Below, piece after piece: positions 11,428-25,790 of a stretch of 39,989 nucleotides of DNA (position 1 is the stretch's first letter; each line of letters opens with the position of its first letter). This DNA is from Octopus bimaculoides (taxonomy: Eukaryota). The notes beneath the pieces were generated by a model that ran no database searches, was not told the DNA's origin, and saw only the letters and a list, made by a program, of their open reading frames with translations. The stretch spans positions 37,887,355-37,927,343 of the forward strand of contig NC_068991.1 of NCBI RefSeq assembly GCF_001194135.2. Direction: 5' to 3'. A program made the translations under genes and the position numbers.

Positions 11428-12994
11428 ATATATGGGGGAGACGGTGTATTTGTGTGTGCATGTGTTTTTGTGTGTATGTACATGCGTGTGTGTGTATATT
11501 AGTTGAGTTTGGAGGAAGCACTATTACCCATGACTTTTGGAGGCTCTCTGGCGCTAATGAGCTTCTTAATGCTCAGTTTAAACTAAGTAGGTCAACAGAT
11601 ACAAGGACGCCTTTTGCAGAGAGATTTCAGATGGACATTGTGCTGGGTTGAAAATAGGACGGGAAACTTTATGTTTTATTTGCGTGAGAAATGTTTTATG
11701 GGATGAAGTATTGGATTATTAATTGTTGAGATAATATTTAATGCTATATCGACTCAATTACACTCATCTGTTGGAAAATGGTCTTCGAATTTGTGTATAT
11801 TGTTTGTCAGTGAGTCTCATCTAGTGCTATACTAGAGTCGTATAAGTTAAAGGTAGAATAGCCAGTTTTTTTAATTGCTAGCACAATTTCTTTTACATTC
11901 AAATTTGAAACTGTTTGCTGACCGACACATTCTTTAAAACTCCTATCAAAGTACAACTAATATAAGTTATATAATTATGAATTTGTTAAATGAAAAAGAG
12001 TCGTTATTTTTCTCAGTAGAGATGAGCCTCCATGGGTTGTTAAACATTTGAAATTTGCCATTGGGACTAAAAATGGTTCACCAACGCCGATTTGAAAGTT
12101 TAGTGTTGTCTTTTGTCTCTGCTTAACGGACCAGAAATTGTAGTAAAAATTCCAGCTGTATAAATCTTTGCTGGTTCCTAACAATAATTACTAAACGAAA
12201 GCTAATACGTAATTACTTAAATATGCTGGTATAACGAAAATGCTTTTACCAATGTTTTGGGCATTTCATTGTCAGTCCAACTGCTAATGAATTCTATTTG
12301 GTTTGTTTGACTTTTCAATAGAGTGATTATTGATTATAAGACTGAATCTTCAAATCCCTACAACTACAGGGACCATTTTCATTTTCTAAGTCCATTCAGC
12401 CCAACTTAATTTATATTTTTGGGAGGTGATAAAATATATGCTCCAAGCAACTAACTAAACACTCTCAATGGTTGTGTTTTACCAGTTTCTTGTAACGAGC
12501 TGTAAACGTAGTTATATGTCAGCTGTGATACTGACAGTCAATCGTCTTCACCAGCGGCGCCTTGGACAGAATACAAACCAAAGTTATTTCCGATCGATGA
12601 CCGATACACTAAAGACTGACCATCTGCAATTGTCATAATATCATTACATGCACCATAAGTGTAGTTGGAGAAGCTACTATCCACGAATAGATTATTTCTA
12701 CTGATACTATCAATTCACTGGATAAGAATAAATTCCAAACTTCTACAGCCACATACCAAGTCTAATTCGGTAGAGCAATCGACAGCAAGTGTCTATAGTA
12801 GGGTGGTAAAGGCAAGTTATGATTTGCATCAGTGATTAATGCAAACGCTGTCATCGAATTTACATCAGTCGAGTCATAGACCTGTGAGCTAACCCTACAG
12901 CTCTGAATGATCAGCTGTTTGACAATCAATGCACAATGGCCGAAATAGTGAGGAATTAATGGTGGATGTTTAAGGACGACATCAGGAATTCAGA

Positions 12995-13190
12995 AGTCGG
13001 ACAAAGAGAAAATGAGTGCAAAGAGTGAGTGAGTGAGTGAGTGAGTGAGTGAGTGATTGAGTGAGTGAGTGAGAGAGTGAGTGAGTGAGTGAGTGAGTGA
13101 GTGAGTGAGTGAGTGAGTGAGTGAGCGAGTGAGTGCGCGAGTGAGTGAATGAGTGAGTGAGTGAGTGAGTGAGTGAGTGAGTGAGTTAAT
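12995..13190. repeat. (GAGT)n tetranucleotide microsatellite
   Basis: Long, slightly imperfect GTGA/GAGT run. Confidence 0.95.
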
Positions 13191-13825
13191 AAGTGACGGA
13201 TTGAATATGTGAATGAATAAGCCAGGGAAATGATTGATTGAAAGGGTAAAAGAATGGATTTTGGAATAATGAAAATGTGTGAATGTGTGATTAACCTTCA
13301 AAATAGAGTTTCATCATGCATTTGGTGGCTCTTCCTGAAATTTATGGGAGAATTTGGTTACAGGGGGTAAATAAAATGGTATTTGCGTTCGTGATTGTGT
13401 ATGGTTGGTGTGTGTGTGTGTGATAGGGGTCACAAATACTCGATCATTTCTCAACAGTAATGCTCTTGTCAAATTGTTTCATGTTCTTTCATGCGTCGGT
13501 CTCCAATTCTCCGAATAAACTTTGCGAAGTTTTGTGATTTACACACGTGCACGCACGAACACCCACACAAACACATGCACACATATATACACAAATATAT
13601 AGATAAAGAGGTCAAGAAAGAAAGGGAGGGGTACATAATGCTTGCGTACAAAGATGCTGAAGGATTACCTGATAGATAGATAGATAAATAGATAGATAGA
13701 TAGATAGATAAAGAAATAAATATCCACAAGCAAAGTTATCCTGTCATAAAATGCATTGAACTATATGTTCAGGTTACATACATACATATACATATACTTA
13801 AATATATGCATACACATACACATAC

Positions 13826-13897
<72 letters not shown>

Positions 13898-14588
13898 ATA
13901 TATATATATATATATATGCATGTGTAAATATATATGATACGTTAAAATAAAAAGGAGTGCATTGATACAAAATACACTTAGATATGAGCATATATATATA
14001 CATACACACATACAAACATAGACATATGTACACAAATGTGTTTGTGTATTTATATATATATATATATATATATATACTCATACATAGACACACAAGATTC
14101 CACTCTGTTTCTCTCTCTCTCTCACACACACACACACACTCATACTCACGCAGAGTCACATATACGAAGAACTAATAGACAATATATTTCTGGAAACCAA
14201 CTATGTAACAAAAGTAGAAAAATTCTTAATTTTTACTTAAACGGAAATGCTAGGCGGGAAATCAGTGAAGATAGTTTTCTTAAATTTCACGTTATTAAGC
14301 GAAGGTTTTATAATGGATGTTTCACTTCCGGTCGAATATTTATAATAATTCGTTTTGATTAGCAAAAAGGAACACCAGTCATAACTCTATGTCGCACTTT
14401 GAGGAAACATGTGATCAAACTTTATTACCCCAGCCATTTTACGACGCCCACACTCACCTGTCCCCATTCTTCTCTGGTTGAAGAAGAACTGGTAAATTTT
14501 CGTTGTGTTAACAAATTTGTGCGTAGTATTAATTTAATTTTGTGATTAATTCCTTTGATACCTACACAGATTGATAATTTATTATGTT

Positions 14589-14630
<42 letters not shown>

Positions 14631-14635
14631 TATGA

Positions 14636-14705
<70 letters not shown>

Positions 14706-15691
14706 ATATATGTATATATATATGTACATATATGTACGTATATATATACATGTGTGTGTATGTATATATATATATGTATGTATTTGTATACTTATACAAT
14801 CATATATATATGTATGCATATGCATGTATGTATGTATGTATGTATGTATGTATGTATGTATGTATGTATGCATGTATGAAAGAACGATATTTGAATCTTT
14901 AACACTTTCTGTCCCACTCTTATACTTTTTCATTTGGCTTCGCCATTGATCTGCAATACAACTATTAATATTAAATTTCCCTTTTTGTAATCAGTTCAGC
15001 AAACTTGCATGTTACAATGCAATTAGGACGTTGTGATGTTCATGTATTTCTCCAGAGCGTTGGCAACGTAAGTAAAAGAAAATTCTTCCATGAAGAATTC
15101 AATTCGCATCGTAAATCTCAGAATGCCAACGTCTTCGTGTTCGTACCACATGCAAGATAGCTTCTCTTGGAAAAGTTAGAAACCAATTTTCATATATAGT
15201 CATTATATATAACAGTATATGTGTGTATATATATGAAATAGCGACAGGTTCTTGGCGGCTGAAATAGTTTTGGTTGTAGTTTTAATATCTCGATCATGAC
15301 TTATTTACTACAGCAGTAGCTTGTACCGATTTATATAGGGTCAGATGGAAAATCCCGTATATTATTGCAATAAACTAAAAGAATTAAGTTAACACGCGGT
15401 GATAAACGTGATTTTATAACAACTAAAGAATTACACCTATACATACTTATGTACGAGTACATAAACACACATATAGGTACATAATACGTACTTACACTTT
15501 ATAAGTAGATACATACACACACGTATGTGTGTGTGAGTCTGTTTGTGAATTTTGTATGTTGAACATAATATATAGGTACCTTTATATAGTTTCGTGGTCA
15601 ATATTTATTTTGTTGGATCATTGTATATTGATATTTCTCAAATTGGGAGCAAATTAGGCCAGCGTGTGTATATGTCCTCCATATATGATTC

Positions 15692-15729
<38 letters not shown>

Positions 15730-15773
15730 CATGTGTGTGTCTTTGTGTGTGTCTACCTGTATGTATGTGCTAT

Positions 15774-16629
15774 TTTATTCTTTTATTCTTTTACATGTTT
15801 CAATCATTTGACCGCAGTCATGCCTTGAAGGGTTTTTAGTCGAACAAATCGACCCCAGGACTTATTTTTTAAGCCTAGTATTTATTCTATCGGTCACTTA
15901 TGCCGAACCGCTAAGTTACGGGAACGTTAACACACTGACACTGGTTTCAAGCGGTGTTGGGGAGGCAAACACACAAACGCACGCGCACACACACGCACAC
16001 ACAATCAAACGCACATACATACNNNNNNNNNNNNNNNNNNNNNNNNNNNNNNNNNNNNNNNNNNNNNNNNNNNNNNNNNNNNNNNNNNNNNNNNNNNNNN
16101 NNNNNNNNNNNNNNNNNNNNNNNNNNNNNNNNNNNNNNNNNNNNNNNNNNNNNNNNNNNNNNNNNNNNNNNNNNNNNNNNNNNNNNNNNNNNNNNNNNNN
16201 NNNNNNNNNNNNNNNNNNNNNNNNNNNNNNNNNNNNNNNNNNNNNNNNNNNNNNNNNNNNNNNNNNNNNNNNNNNNNNNNNNNNNNNNNNNNNNNNNNNN
16301 NNNNNNNNNNNNNNNNNNNNNNNNNNNNNNNNNNNNNNNNNNNNNNNNNNNNNNNNNNNNNNNNNNNNNNNNNNNNNNNNNNNNNNNNNNNNNNNNNNNN
16401 NNNNNNNNNNNNNNNNNNNNNNNNNNNNNNNNNNNNNNNNNNNNNNNNNNNNNNNNNNNNNNNNNNNNNNNNNNNNNNNNNNNNNNNNNNNNNNNNNNNN
16501 NNNNNNNNNNNNNNNNNNNNNNNNNNNNNNNNNNNNNNNNNNNNNNNNNNNNNNNNNATCGGCCCGAGGCTATAGAAGAAGACACTTACCCAAGGTACCA
16601 CAGAGTGGGACTGAACCCAGAACCATGTG
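15774..16629 (-). mobile_element. SINE family B spanning an assembly gap
   Basis: 3' half at 15774-15965 and 5' half at 16558-16629 are reverse complements of the family B sequence. The gap replaces the internal microsatellite. Confidence 0.8.
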
Positions 16630-16671
16630 TATGCATATATATATATATATATATATATATAACACATACAT

Positions 16672-16702
<31 letters not shown>

Positions 16703-17100
16703 ACATACATACATATTGTTGTTAGCAACAGGTTAATCCCGATCACCGATTCATCACATCAAAGGTGTTCCATCCGTGACTATTCCCCATAATGTAAATC
16801 TAGGAGTGAATTATCGCAAATGCCCTTCTGTTTCTTATGCCAATAGGGTTTGATTTGAAGGGAATTTAATAAGTTGGAGCGATTTCATTGGAGCAGGGTC
16901 CATTGCTGGAGCGTGTTTCATGAATGTTGGGACATGATATGGTGGTTTGCTTAAACAATAAAGCAAAATAATAGTTATAACTTAAAATACTAGAAAGTAG
17001 GTCTAGCAATATTCTGTTGTGATTTTAGAAGCCTTTTTTTTTTATTACAAAACGAAAGGGTAAGTTGATTGGTACTTTTTATTTTACGAAACTTAAATTA

Positions 17101-17309
17101 AACAATAGCAGCATGGAAGGTGTTTATAAGCCATTTAAAAACACACAAAAACCGTTAGATTCACTTCAACATTTAAATTTAATTTGCCAAAATATTTTCG
17201 TTGCTTTGAGACCGCGATCTGGTCACTGACAAAATTTCGTGCAGCACGGAATCTAACGGCTTTGGATGTTTTTAAATGGCTTATAAACACCTTCCACGCT
17301 ACAATTGTT
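17101..17309. mobile_element. MITE-like element with ~60-bp terminal inverted repeats
   Basis: 17101-17162 and 17249-17309 are imperfect reverse complements sharing an exact TGGAAGGTGTTTATAAGCCATTTAAAAACA block. No coding capacity. Confidence 0.8.
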
Positions 17310-17810
17310 TTTGATTCAGCTTACAATCTCAGATCAGGTCACTTGCTATGCAAGTACATCTCCTAAACTTAAATTGTTACAGATCAAAGAGGAAGCTGGT
17401 GGATTAGAACCTACGGAGTATATTTTCCTCTCATTTTGACGATTATGCGATTGTGTCTGGCACGCAACCAATACAACTATTCATCGCCCTTAATAACAAC
17501 TACAACAATAACAACAATGGCAGCAAAAGCAACAATAACAACAACAACAACAACAACAATGTCTTGCATTTAAAATTAAAATGTCAAGTACAAAAAACGC
17601 CTTGAATTTTTGTACTTGACATGTTCTTTTTGATTTTCCTTCTTACTTTCGCACTTCATATTTTTACTTTTATCATTATATTTTAATTTTTTTTATATAT
17701 CTAAAAGTTTTATTTTTTAAGACATTTAGTTATATTTTACTGTCTGTGACAAATAATTCACAGTCTGTTGGTTTTGGCAATTTAGCTTTGTTTATTTCTC
17801 TTGTTTCGTT

Positions 17811-17811
17811 G

Positions 17812-17885
<74 letters not shown>

Positions 17886-17904
17886 CATCATTATTATTAT
17901 TATT
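17811..17904. repeat. (TTA)n microsatellite
   Basis: Direct reading. Confidence 0.95.
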
Positions 17905-17905
17905 A

Positions 17906-18225
<320 letters not shown>

Positions 18226-19531
18226 GTGATGATGTTTGTTGTTGTGGTCAAGGCGGTTACTTGGAAACTTAAATCTTTACAGAATGCATCTAACTTATAG
18301 GAATAGAAGCCACTTCTGGGGAAATTTAATAACAGAGTTCACCTGGTGTATGCTTTTCTGTTGTTATCATCTCGTAAGGCTATTGCATTGCTGAAATATT
18401 CTCTTATAGAGATGTCTAACCTTGTCCAAATGATGTCTTCTCGAAATGTTGGCATGTCGTGATGTTTTCTTGTCGATGTTAAGATGCTTTGCCATGTAGA
18501 AATGACATCATCGAGCTATATTGTTCTTTAGATGTTGCTTTCTCGAGATATGACGTTGTCTTGAAATAAAAAGAGATGTTAATTTCTCTCTCTCTCTCTC
18601 TCCCTCTCTCTCTATCTATCTATCTATCTAGCTATCTAGCTATCTTTCCCTCTCTCTCCTTCCCTCTCCCTTTCCCTCTCACTCTCTCTCGCCCTTTCTC
18701 GCTCTTTTTTCTCTTTCGAAGCAGGACAAGAGGAGATACATGGGACAGAGAGACACTGATGAGGTCACAGAACGTGTGACGAAAGAATTTTGCTAGATGT
18801 ATAAACCAAAAATAATACGAATGAAAACTTAGAAATCTGAAGTAAAGACCAAATATATAGTGCGCGTGTTTAATTGGCAAACAAAAAGAAAATGACCATC
18901 CACAAATATAACCATATATACAGTCATATTTATGTACGTTTGTGTGTGTGTTTATCTGTCTATGTATCTCCTTCTCACTCTCTCTCTCTCTCTTTCTCTC
19001 TCTCAAACAGACATACACATGCGCACACACGCGAGTATGCACACATACCTACACACACAACATTAAAATCGAAATACAGTTCTGTTTAACAATTTAATTC
19101 TTATTGATACAGATTATCCCCAATCAATCAATTCTAGTCGTTGACTGATCTTATTCAATCGCTGTTAACCATTTTTTCCTCTCCGATGATAATTTTATTT
19201 CATCTAGAATCTAGTTGCTAGGAATTTGTTAGACTCATCTCTTTTCTCACTGACTTGTCTACAGTGTTGTAGTTTTTCTTTTATATGTATTTACTTATGT
19301 CGGCAAAGAAAATTAGATATAAAAAAAACGTGGACTTAAAAAAAAAAAACGTCGGTGACCCTTTGAGTAAATTTTTATTTTTTCTTCTTGTGTCGCGGAC
19401 ATCTGAACGTTCTCTACAAGGGTGAATGGTGGAACAGCCATTTATGGAGAACTCTAAACTGCTTCCCATTCTCTCTATCTTTTTATTTAGGTGAGACAGA
19501 GAAATGTGTGTGTTCGTGCGTGCGCTCGTGC

Positions 19532-19602
<71 letters not shown>

Positions 19603-21022
19603 TGTATGAGTTATGAGTGTATTTCAAATAACCGGTAGCAATGTGTACAAGGATGTCGTGACATTTCTACAATGGTGATCACTGTAGTTTCAGCTAAAAA
19701 TATATTTTTTTCCCTTTAACGTTGTTATTAATATTTATAATGACAGTAGCTTGGCACAGTCTGTAAAGTGCCAGGAAAAATACCTAGTTGTATTTAGTTA
19801 TGTCCCTTTACGTTCTAAGTTTGATTCCGACCGATGATTTTCTTTCTTCTGGGCTAATAAAATAATATACCAGTTTTCTTTTGTATTGATATCTTCCATC
19901 TTCATCATCATCATCATCAACACAGATATTTCAATACTATAAGAAGTGACTCGACCTCTTAAACTGGCTTCAGTCCTCTGATGCTGTGTTCTAACAGCAA
20001 TTATAGAATTTCAGTCTCCTCGTGTCACGTGTAAAGGCATTCTATTATTACAGCCAGCATATATCTTTATTTCTCATTCAGGGAGACTAGTTATTCTCAG
20101 CCGGAGTCCATATCACCTCTGGGGGTCCAAAAAAGATTTTTGGGGTTAACGCAAGCAAAATGGTAAATTGGGAATCCACAGTAATACATTATGGGGCCAT
20201 GAATAAATTTTGTTTTAGATGTAATTATTGCAAGAAACAATTAGGTTTCTTTCGCCAATGTTTTACAATTTAACATATTTCCGGCCTCTGAAACGTTTTT
20301 TTCTCTAGACAAACGCTTCTCCGTCATTCTCGGATTTGTTGAGCGGACAGAAGTTTCGTTATGCCAATATCTCAAGGGAACTTGGCTTTCGTTAGGATAA
20401 GGATATTCCTGATCTTGCCTGTCTGTGAGATATTTATGATGCTTCTGAAGTAATACACACAAACGTATGATGCCTTTTTTTGAACTGGTTACTGTATACC
20501 ACACTTGGCCCCGATTTGTACAATAGAATAAATAACTCAGCTGGAAAGAGACTTTCTTGTTGTGCCAAAATCATTCTCTCGACATCCTGTATGTTGAACT
20601 GTCCTTGTTCGAGATAGTATGTAGAGGGTTTGCAGGCCAGTATCTCTACAGTGTTTACAACATGATTCGCATTACAGGGGCCAGAAGACAGAAGGCTATC
20701 AGGTTGGCTGGGGAGAGGGGAGCAAGCATAGGTTGACTCAAGGTGGCCGTAAATCAGAGGGACCTAAAGGGGTAGTGCTAACTGAATACAAGATAAAATA
20801 GTGCAAACTGGACACAAACTGATATTGAAAGACTCGAAACATCTGATGACCACAAGAAACATGTCCAGGGGCATCACAGGATGATGTTTAAAAAAGCTGT
20901 CACTGCATCTTCCATTCATTATTGTTTATTAAGAGTTCGAGTTGATCCTGTTATTCGGTAACGATGGAAGAGATTCAGTCAAGAGGTTTAAATCAAAATT
21001 TGATTGATAAAGTGTTTCAGTT

Positions 21023-21075
<53 letters not shown>

Positions 21076-21480
21076 TCATCCATACATAAACACACAGACA
21101 CATATATACACATACAGAGAAACAGAGAGAGCGAGAGACAGACGGACAGACAGACAGACAAAATTAGGGGAACTAGGAGAAAGAGGGCGAAAAGGAAAGG
21201 TTAGAAAGAAAAACAGATTGAGAGAAAACATTTATCATATTAAAAAGAATCGAAAACGGTTTAGTAGGGTAGGGGAAAAGGAATAGAAACAATTAAAAAA
21301 CAAGGCGAGAAATAAGATAATATTAGACGGAGAGTGGGGATGAGAGAAGAAAGTCAGAACGATTGAATGAAAGAGAGACGTAAATAATGAAAGAGTAGGA
21401 ATGTTATAGAAAAAGGAAAAAAGAAGAAGGAACGAAGAAATGCACACACATACACATATAACCATATGATTTGACACATA

Positions 21481-21746
21481 TACTTCCTTGCCGAACCACT
21501 AAGTTACAGGAACGTAAATACACCATCAACGGTTGTACTATATCCTTGAATTATGTGTGCGTATATATAAATTTATATATATATACGCGACAGGTTTCTT
21601 TCAGCTTCCGTCCATCAAATCCGCTGACAAATCTTTGGCCGAACCGAGGCTATAGCAAATGCCACTTGCCCAAGGTGCCATGTAATAGGATTGAACCCGA
21701 AACTCTATAGTGTAGAAGCAAACTTCTTACCACAGAGCCATGCCTG
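21481..21746 (-). mobile_element. SINE family B (degenerate)
   Basis: Reverse complement of the TGGCTCTGTGGTAAGAAG head, the CCTTGGGCAAGTG..CTATAGCCTCGG segment and the CGTTCCTGTAACTTAGTGGTTCGGCAA segment. Confidence 0.8.
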
Positions 21747-22113
21747 AATGTATTTAAAATTATAAATTTTGTTGTATATGAATGACGAAGGAACCACGCG
21801 CTGAAAAAGACATAATTATGCGACGAACAACTTTGATAAACCGATTGATTATTAGGCTAATTTATTTGTTAATCATTTCTAATTTAGGAACACGTCCACA
21901 AAAATCGTGAAAGGGGTTTATTCTTTTATCTAGATGTCTCTGCAAAATTGATACTCTAGTTTATTAACACCGGAAAGACAAAAGGCAAAGTTGACTACGA
22001 TAGGATCTGAACTCAAAATTTTGAGAGCCAGAATGAATACTTCGAAGTAACTTGTCCCACATTTTAATGCAATAAAGCATAATAAAGTGATTGGATTCGT
22101 GGACTGGCAAAAT

Positions 22114-22161
<48 letters not shown>

Positions 22162-22989
22162 NNNNNNNNNNNNNNNNNNNNNNNNNNNNNNNNNNNNNNN
22201 NNNNNNNNNNNNNNNNNNNNNNNNNNNNNNNNNNNNNNNNNNNNNNNNNNNNNNNNNNNNNNNNNNNNNNNNNNNNNNNNNNNNNNNNNNNNNNNNNNNN
22301 NNNNNNNNNNNNNNNNNNNNNNNNNNNNNNNNNNNNNNNNNNNNNNNNNNNNNNNNNNNNNNNNNNNNNNNNNNNNNNNNNNNNNNNNNNNNNNNNNNNN
22401 NNNNNNNNNNNNNNNNNNNNNNNNNNNNNNNNNNNNNNNNNNNNNNNNNNNNNNNNNNNNNNNNNNNNNNNNNNNNNNNNNNNNNNNNNNNNNNNNNNNN
22501 NNTATATATATTTATATGTGTGCATGTATATGTGTGTGTGTGCATATGTGTGTGTGTGCATATGTGTGTGTGTGTGTGTGAAAAGACGAAGAAAATTTCA
22601 AGCGTGGCCTATAAGAATCGAACCTCATATCGAGCTTTCAACCGTATAGCTGCGTATATAACGGGGAATAACAGCGAAAGCCATGATACTTCTGGAAAAA
22701 GGGATTTAAGTAGACAGACAGACAGACAGATAGACAGACAAACAGACAGACGGTGAGAGGGAGAGAGAGAGAGAAGAACAGAGAGAGAGAGAAGAACAGA
22801 GAGAGAGAGGTGAGTGATTGAGTTGTGCAAATGTACTTTGGTAAGCTAACTTCAACGCTTTGATAGTGATTGTCTAGTGACAGTTTGTAGAGATTCTATT
22901 AACCCATGTCATTCCCTTACACCACGTTAAGTCGACAATTAAATTAGGCCTTACTGATTTCCTGTTCTCACCTTGTTCACTTTGAGTTA

Positions 22990-24700
22990 ATCACCATAGC
23001 AGTGGTGCGTTTGATGATAGTGATACTCTAGGCTTTTCTGACGGTGATGGTGGCGATGGTTCTGACGATTGTGGTGGCGGTGGTGATGGTGGTGGTGGTG
23101 GTGGAGCAGATGGAGATGGCGTATTAATGCAGCTTGTTTTATAGCGGGGCTAGTGGTGATGATGAGGAGGAGGAGGTTAATAACGCTGGTGGTGGGAGTA
23201 GTTATGGTATTTAGTAATGGTATGTTTTTCGATGATGGTAGGGGGTGTTGTTGTTGTTGGTGGTGTTGTTGTTGTTGGTGGTGGTGGTAATGCATACAAC
23301 CTTAATGATGGTGATGGTGGTAGTACTAGTAATTGGGATGGTGGTTGTGGTGGTGGTGGTGGTGGTGGTGGTGTTGTTGGTGGTGGCGGCGGCAGCGGTG
23401 ATGCTGGTCTAATAGCGGTGGCAACCGTGAGTGTTGTTTTGGTAGTACTACCATCGACAGTGTCGCGATTGATATCGATAGAGGCGGCGGTGGCGGCGGT
23501 GGCGGCGGTGGCGGTGGTGGGGAGGGGAGTGTAGTGTGAATGGTTAGCGACGTAATGCTATGATGGTGATAATGGTTGTAGTTTTAGTAATAATTAATAT
23601 TAATGATGTTGCTACCTGTAACGGTAGTAGTGAAGGCGGTGGAGGTGGTGGTGATGGCGGAGGCGGAGGCGGCGGCAGCGGCGGCGGCGGCGGCGGCGGT
23701 AGTGGTGGTGGTGGTGGTGGTGCTTGGAGGTTGTTGATATTGCTGTTGTTGGTGACGGTGGTGATGGTGTTGATAGTGTTTGTTTGTTGGTCACTTCATT
23801 GTTTAAACCTCTGATCGAAAGCACTTGCGGTCAGTCTTTCCAGCAATGACCACCTCATCTTATGTAGTCCTGCTTACCTTAAGACAACGACATATTTTGA
23901 GAAAAGTTTGCCTTTTTTTCTTTCTTGTTCTTTCTTTGCTGCTTACCCCCAGGTCAGCCCATCAAAGGCATTTCGGCTGTGACCATCACAACTTTCACCC
24001 TATGTCCTGGGAATTCGGGACCACATTATCTAATCGGTCATCTTCGAAAGCGGTAGAAGATCTAACTGCTATTTCTGGCCCGTTGACGGATTCTGTAGAC
24101 ACTGATGGCGTTGGTGTTGGTGGTGTTGGTGGTGTTGGTGGTAGTGGTGGTGGTGGTATGGAGGGGATGACAGTTACGGTACATTACAGTATAGCTGTAG
24201 TGATGATATTGGGGACGATGGTGGGTAGCTGCGGTAGGTGTAGAATCAATGGATGGTAACAATCATGTTTATAGTAATGATGATGATGACGACGACGTCG
24301 ACGACGATGATGACGACAACGTCGACGACGATGATGATGATGATGATGATGATGATGACGATGACGATGACGACGACGACGATGACTATGATGAAGCTGA
24401 TGGTGATGAGGATGATGCTGATGATGATGATGCTGATGATGATGATTGTGGATGCGACGATAGCAGGCAGGATCGTAGTGGTGGGGATGATGGTGGTAGT
24501 GGTGGTGGTGGTGCTGGTGGTGGTGGTGGTGGTGGTAACGGTGGTAGTGGTATACTCTTATCATTGGCGGTGGATGTCAAAAGTATTTATTCGAGGCCTG
24601 ATAATGATAGTGATGGTGGCAAAATGCTGGCGAATCAGCGATTATCTTGTAATGAGTGAGTGAGTGGTGTTGGTGGTGGTGGTGGAGGTGGTGGTGGAGA
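22990..24700. repeat. Mosaic of (GGT)n/(GGC)n/(GAT)n/(GAC)n trinucleotide low-complexity sequence
   Basis: Interleaved trinucleotide runs, all purine/G-rich on the + strand, around a more complex island at about 23780-24090. Confidence 0.85.
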
Positions 24701-25024
24701 GAGGGCTAGTGGGAGGTGGAGGAGAATGAGGAGTGGCAGACATGGACACACACACACACACACACACATTTCGATGACGTGAGAGTGAGAGGAAGAAAGG
24801 ATAGCATATGTGATAGTAAAAGAGGAAAAAGAAGGAAGGAAAGATGAATGAATGAATGAATGAAAAAAGAAAGATGAGGAGAATGATAGAAGGGATTGAG
24901 CTGATAATAAAAGCGCGAAAAATAAGGACAATCAGAGAGCGGAAGAAAGAGAGTCGCAGGGAGAGAGAGAAAGAGAGTGAGAGAAAGAGAGTGAGAGAAA
25001 GAGAGAGAGAGAGTGAGGGAGGGA

Positions 25025-25061
<37 letters not shown>

Positions 25062-25125
25062 AGCGAAAGCATCAAATAATTTGGGATATGTAGATAGAAT
25101 CCTAGAATGGAAACGAGAGTGACGA

Positions 25126-25168
<43 letters not shown>

Positions 25169-25717
25169 ATAGAGGGTTTGAGAAAGAGAGAATAATAGAG
25201 AGTGCGGGAGAAAGAGAGAGGGAGTTAGTGATAGAGTGTCAGAGAATATCCTCATGTAAACAGTTAAGTATATAGCATCAATTGGTAATAGTGAGTCGCT
25301 GATAAAATGGTAAATGCTATAATTTGCACCGATTACGTCCAGGGAATTTGTGTTTGGTTTGGTATAGCAGGCATTGACGTGTTTGCCTGGCATAGTATGT
25401 CTTTATCCCAATCTCCTTCTCCTCCCGCAGTCCCGCCTTCATTCGCTCTCTCCCTCCTTCTCACTCTCTTTCTACCTCACTCTCCTCCCTCTCAATGCTT
25501 TTTCTCTCTCTCTTTCTCTCCCTCTCTTTCTCTCAACATTTAACTCTGTGTCTATCTCTCGTGTTTAGATTTGAGTGATAAGCTGGTGTGACAATAGATT
25601 TAAGAAGGCATCGAAGACTGAATGGACGACAAAGGAAGGGCGGGCGTTGGTATTTTGACCGTCAAGTGTGTTCTTTCCATTACATATTGACCTACCAACA
25701 GCTTATCTATCTGTCTG

Positions 25718-25790
<73 letters not shown>

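Noticed and set aside
12300-12420. Minus-strand WT*KMKMVPVVVGI, resembling the R4-type 'VPVVVGALG' motif
   Set aside because: A single short motif with stops and no supporting neighbours; too weak to call.
16735-16870. Segment sharing ATCAAAGG..GTGAC(T/C)AT with about 23960-23990
   Set aside because: Probably fragments of another dispersed repeat, but too short and degenerate to define.
20030-20780. Complex region with GGGGTCC motifs and an 87-aa minus-strand ORF, possibly an old DNA transposon
   Set aside because: No recognisable transposase motif or paired termini could be read.
20835-20870. CTGATGACCACAAGAAACATGTC, a hammerhead-like core with palindromic ACAUGU and GUC
   Set aside because: Stem II (CCACAA) cannot pair and no stem I forms; probably chance.
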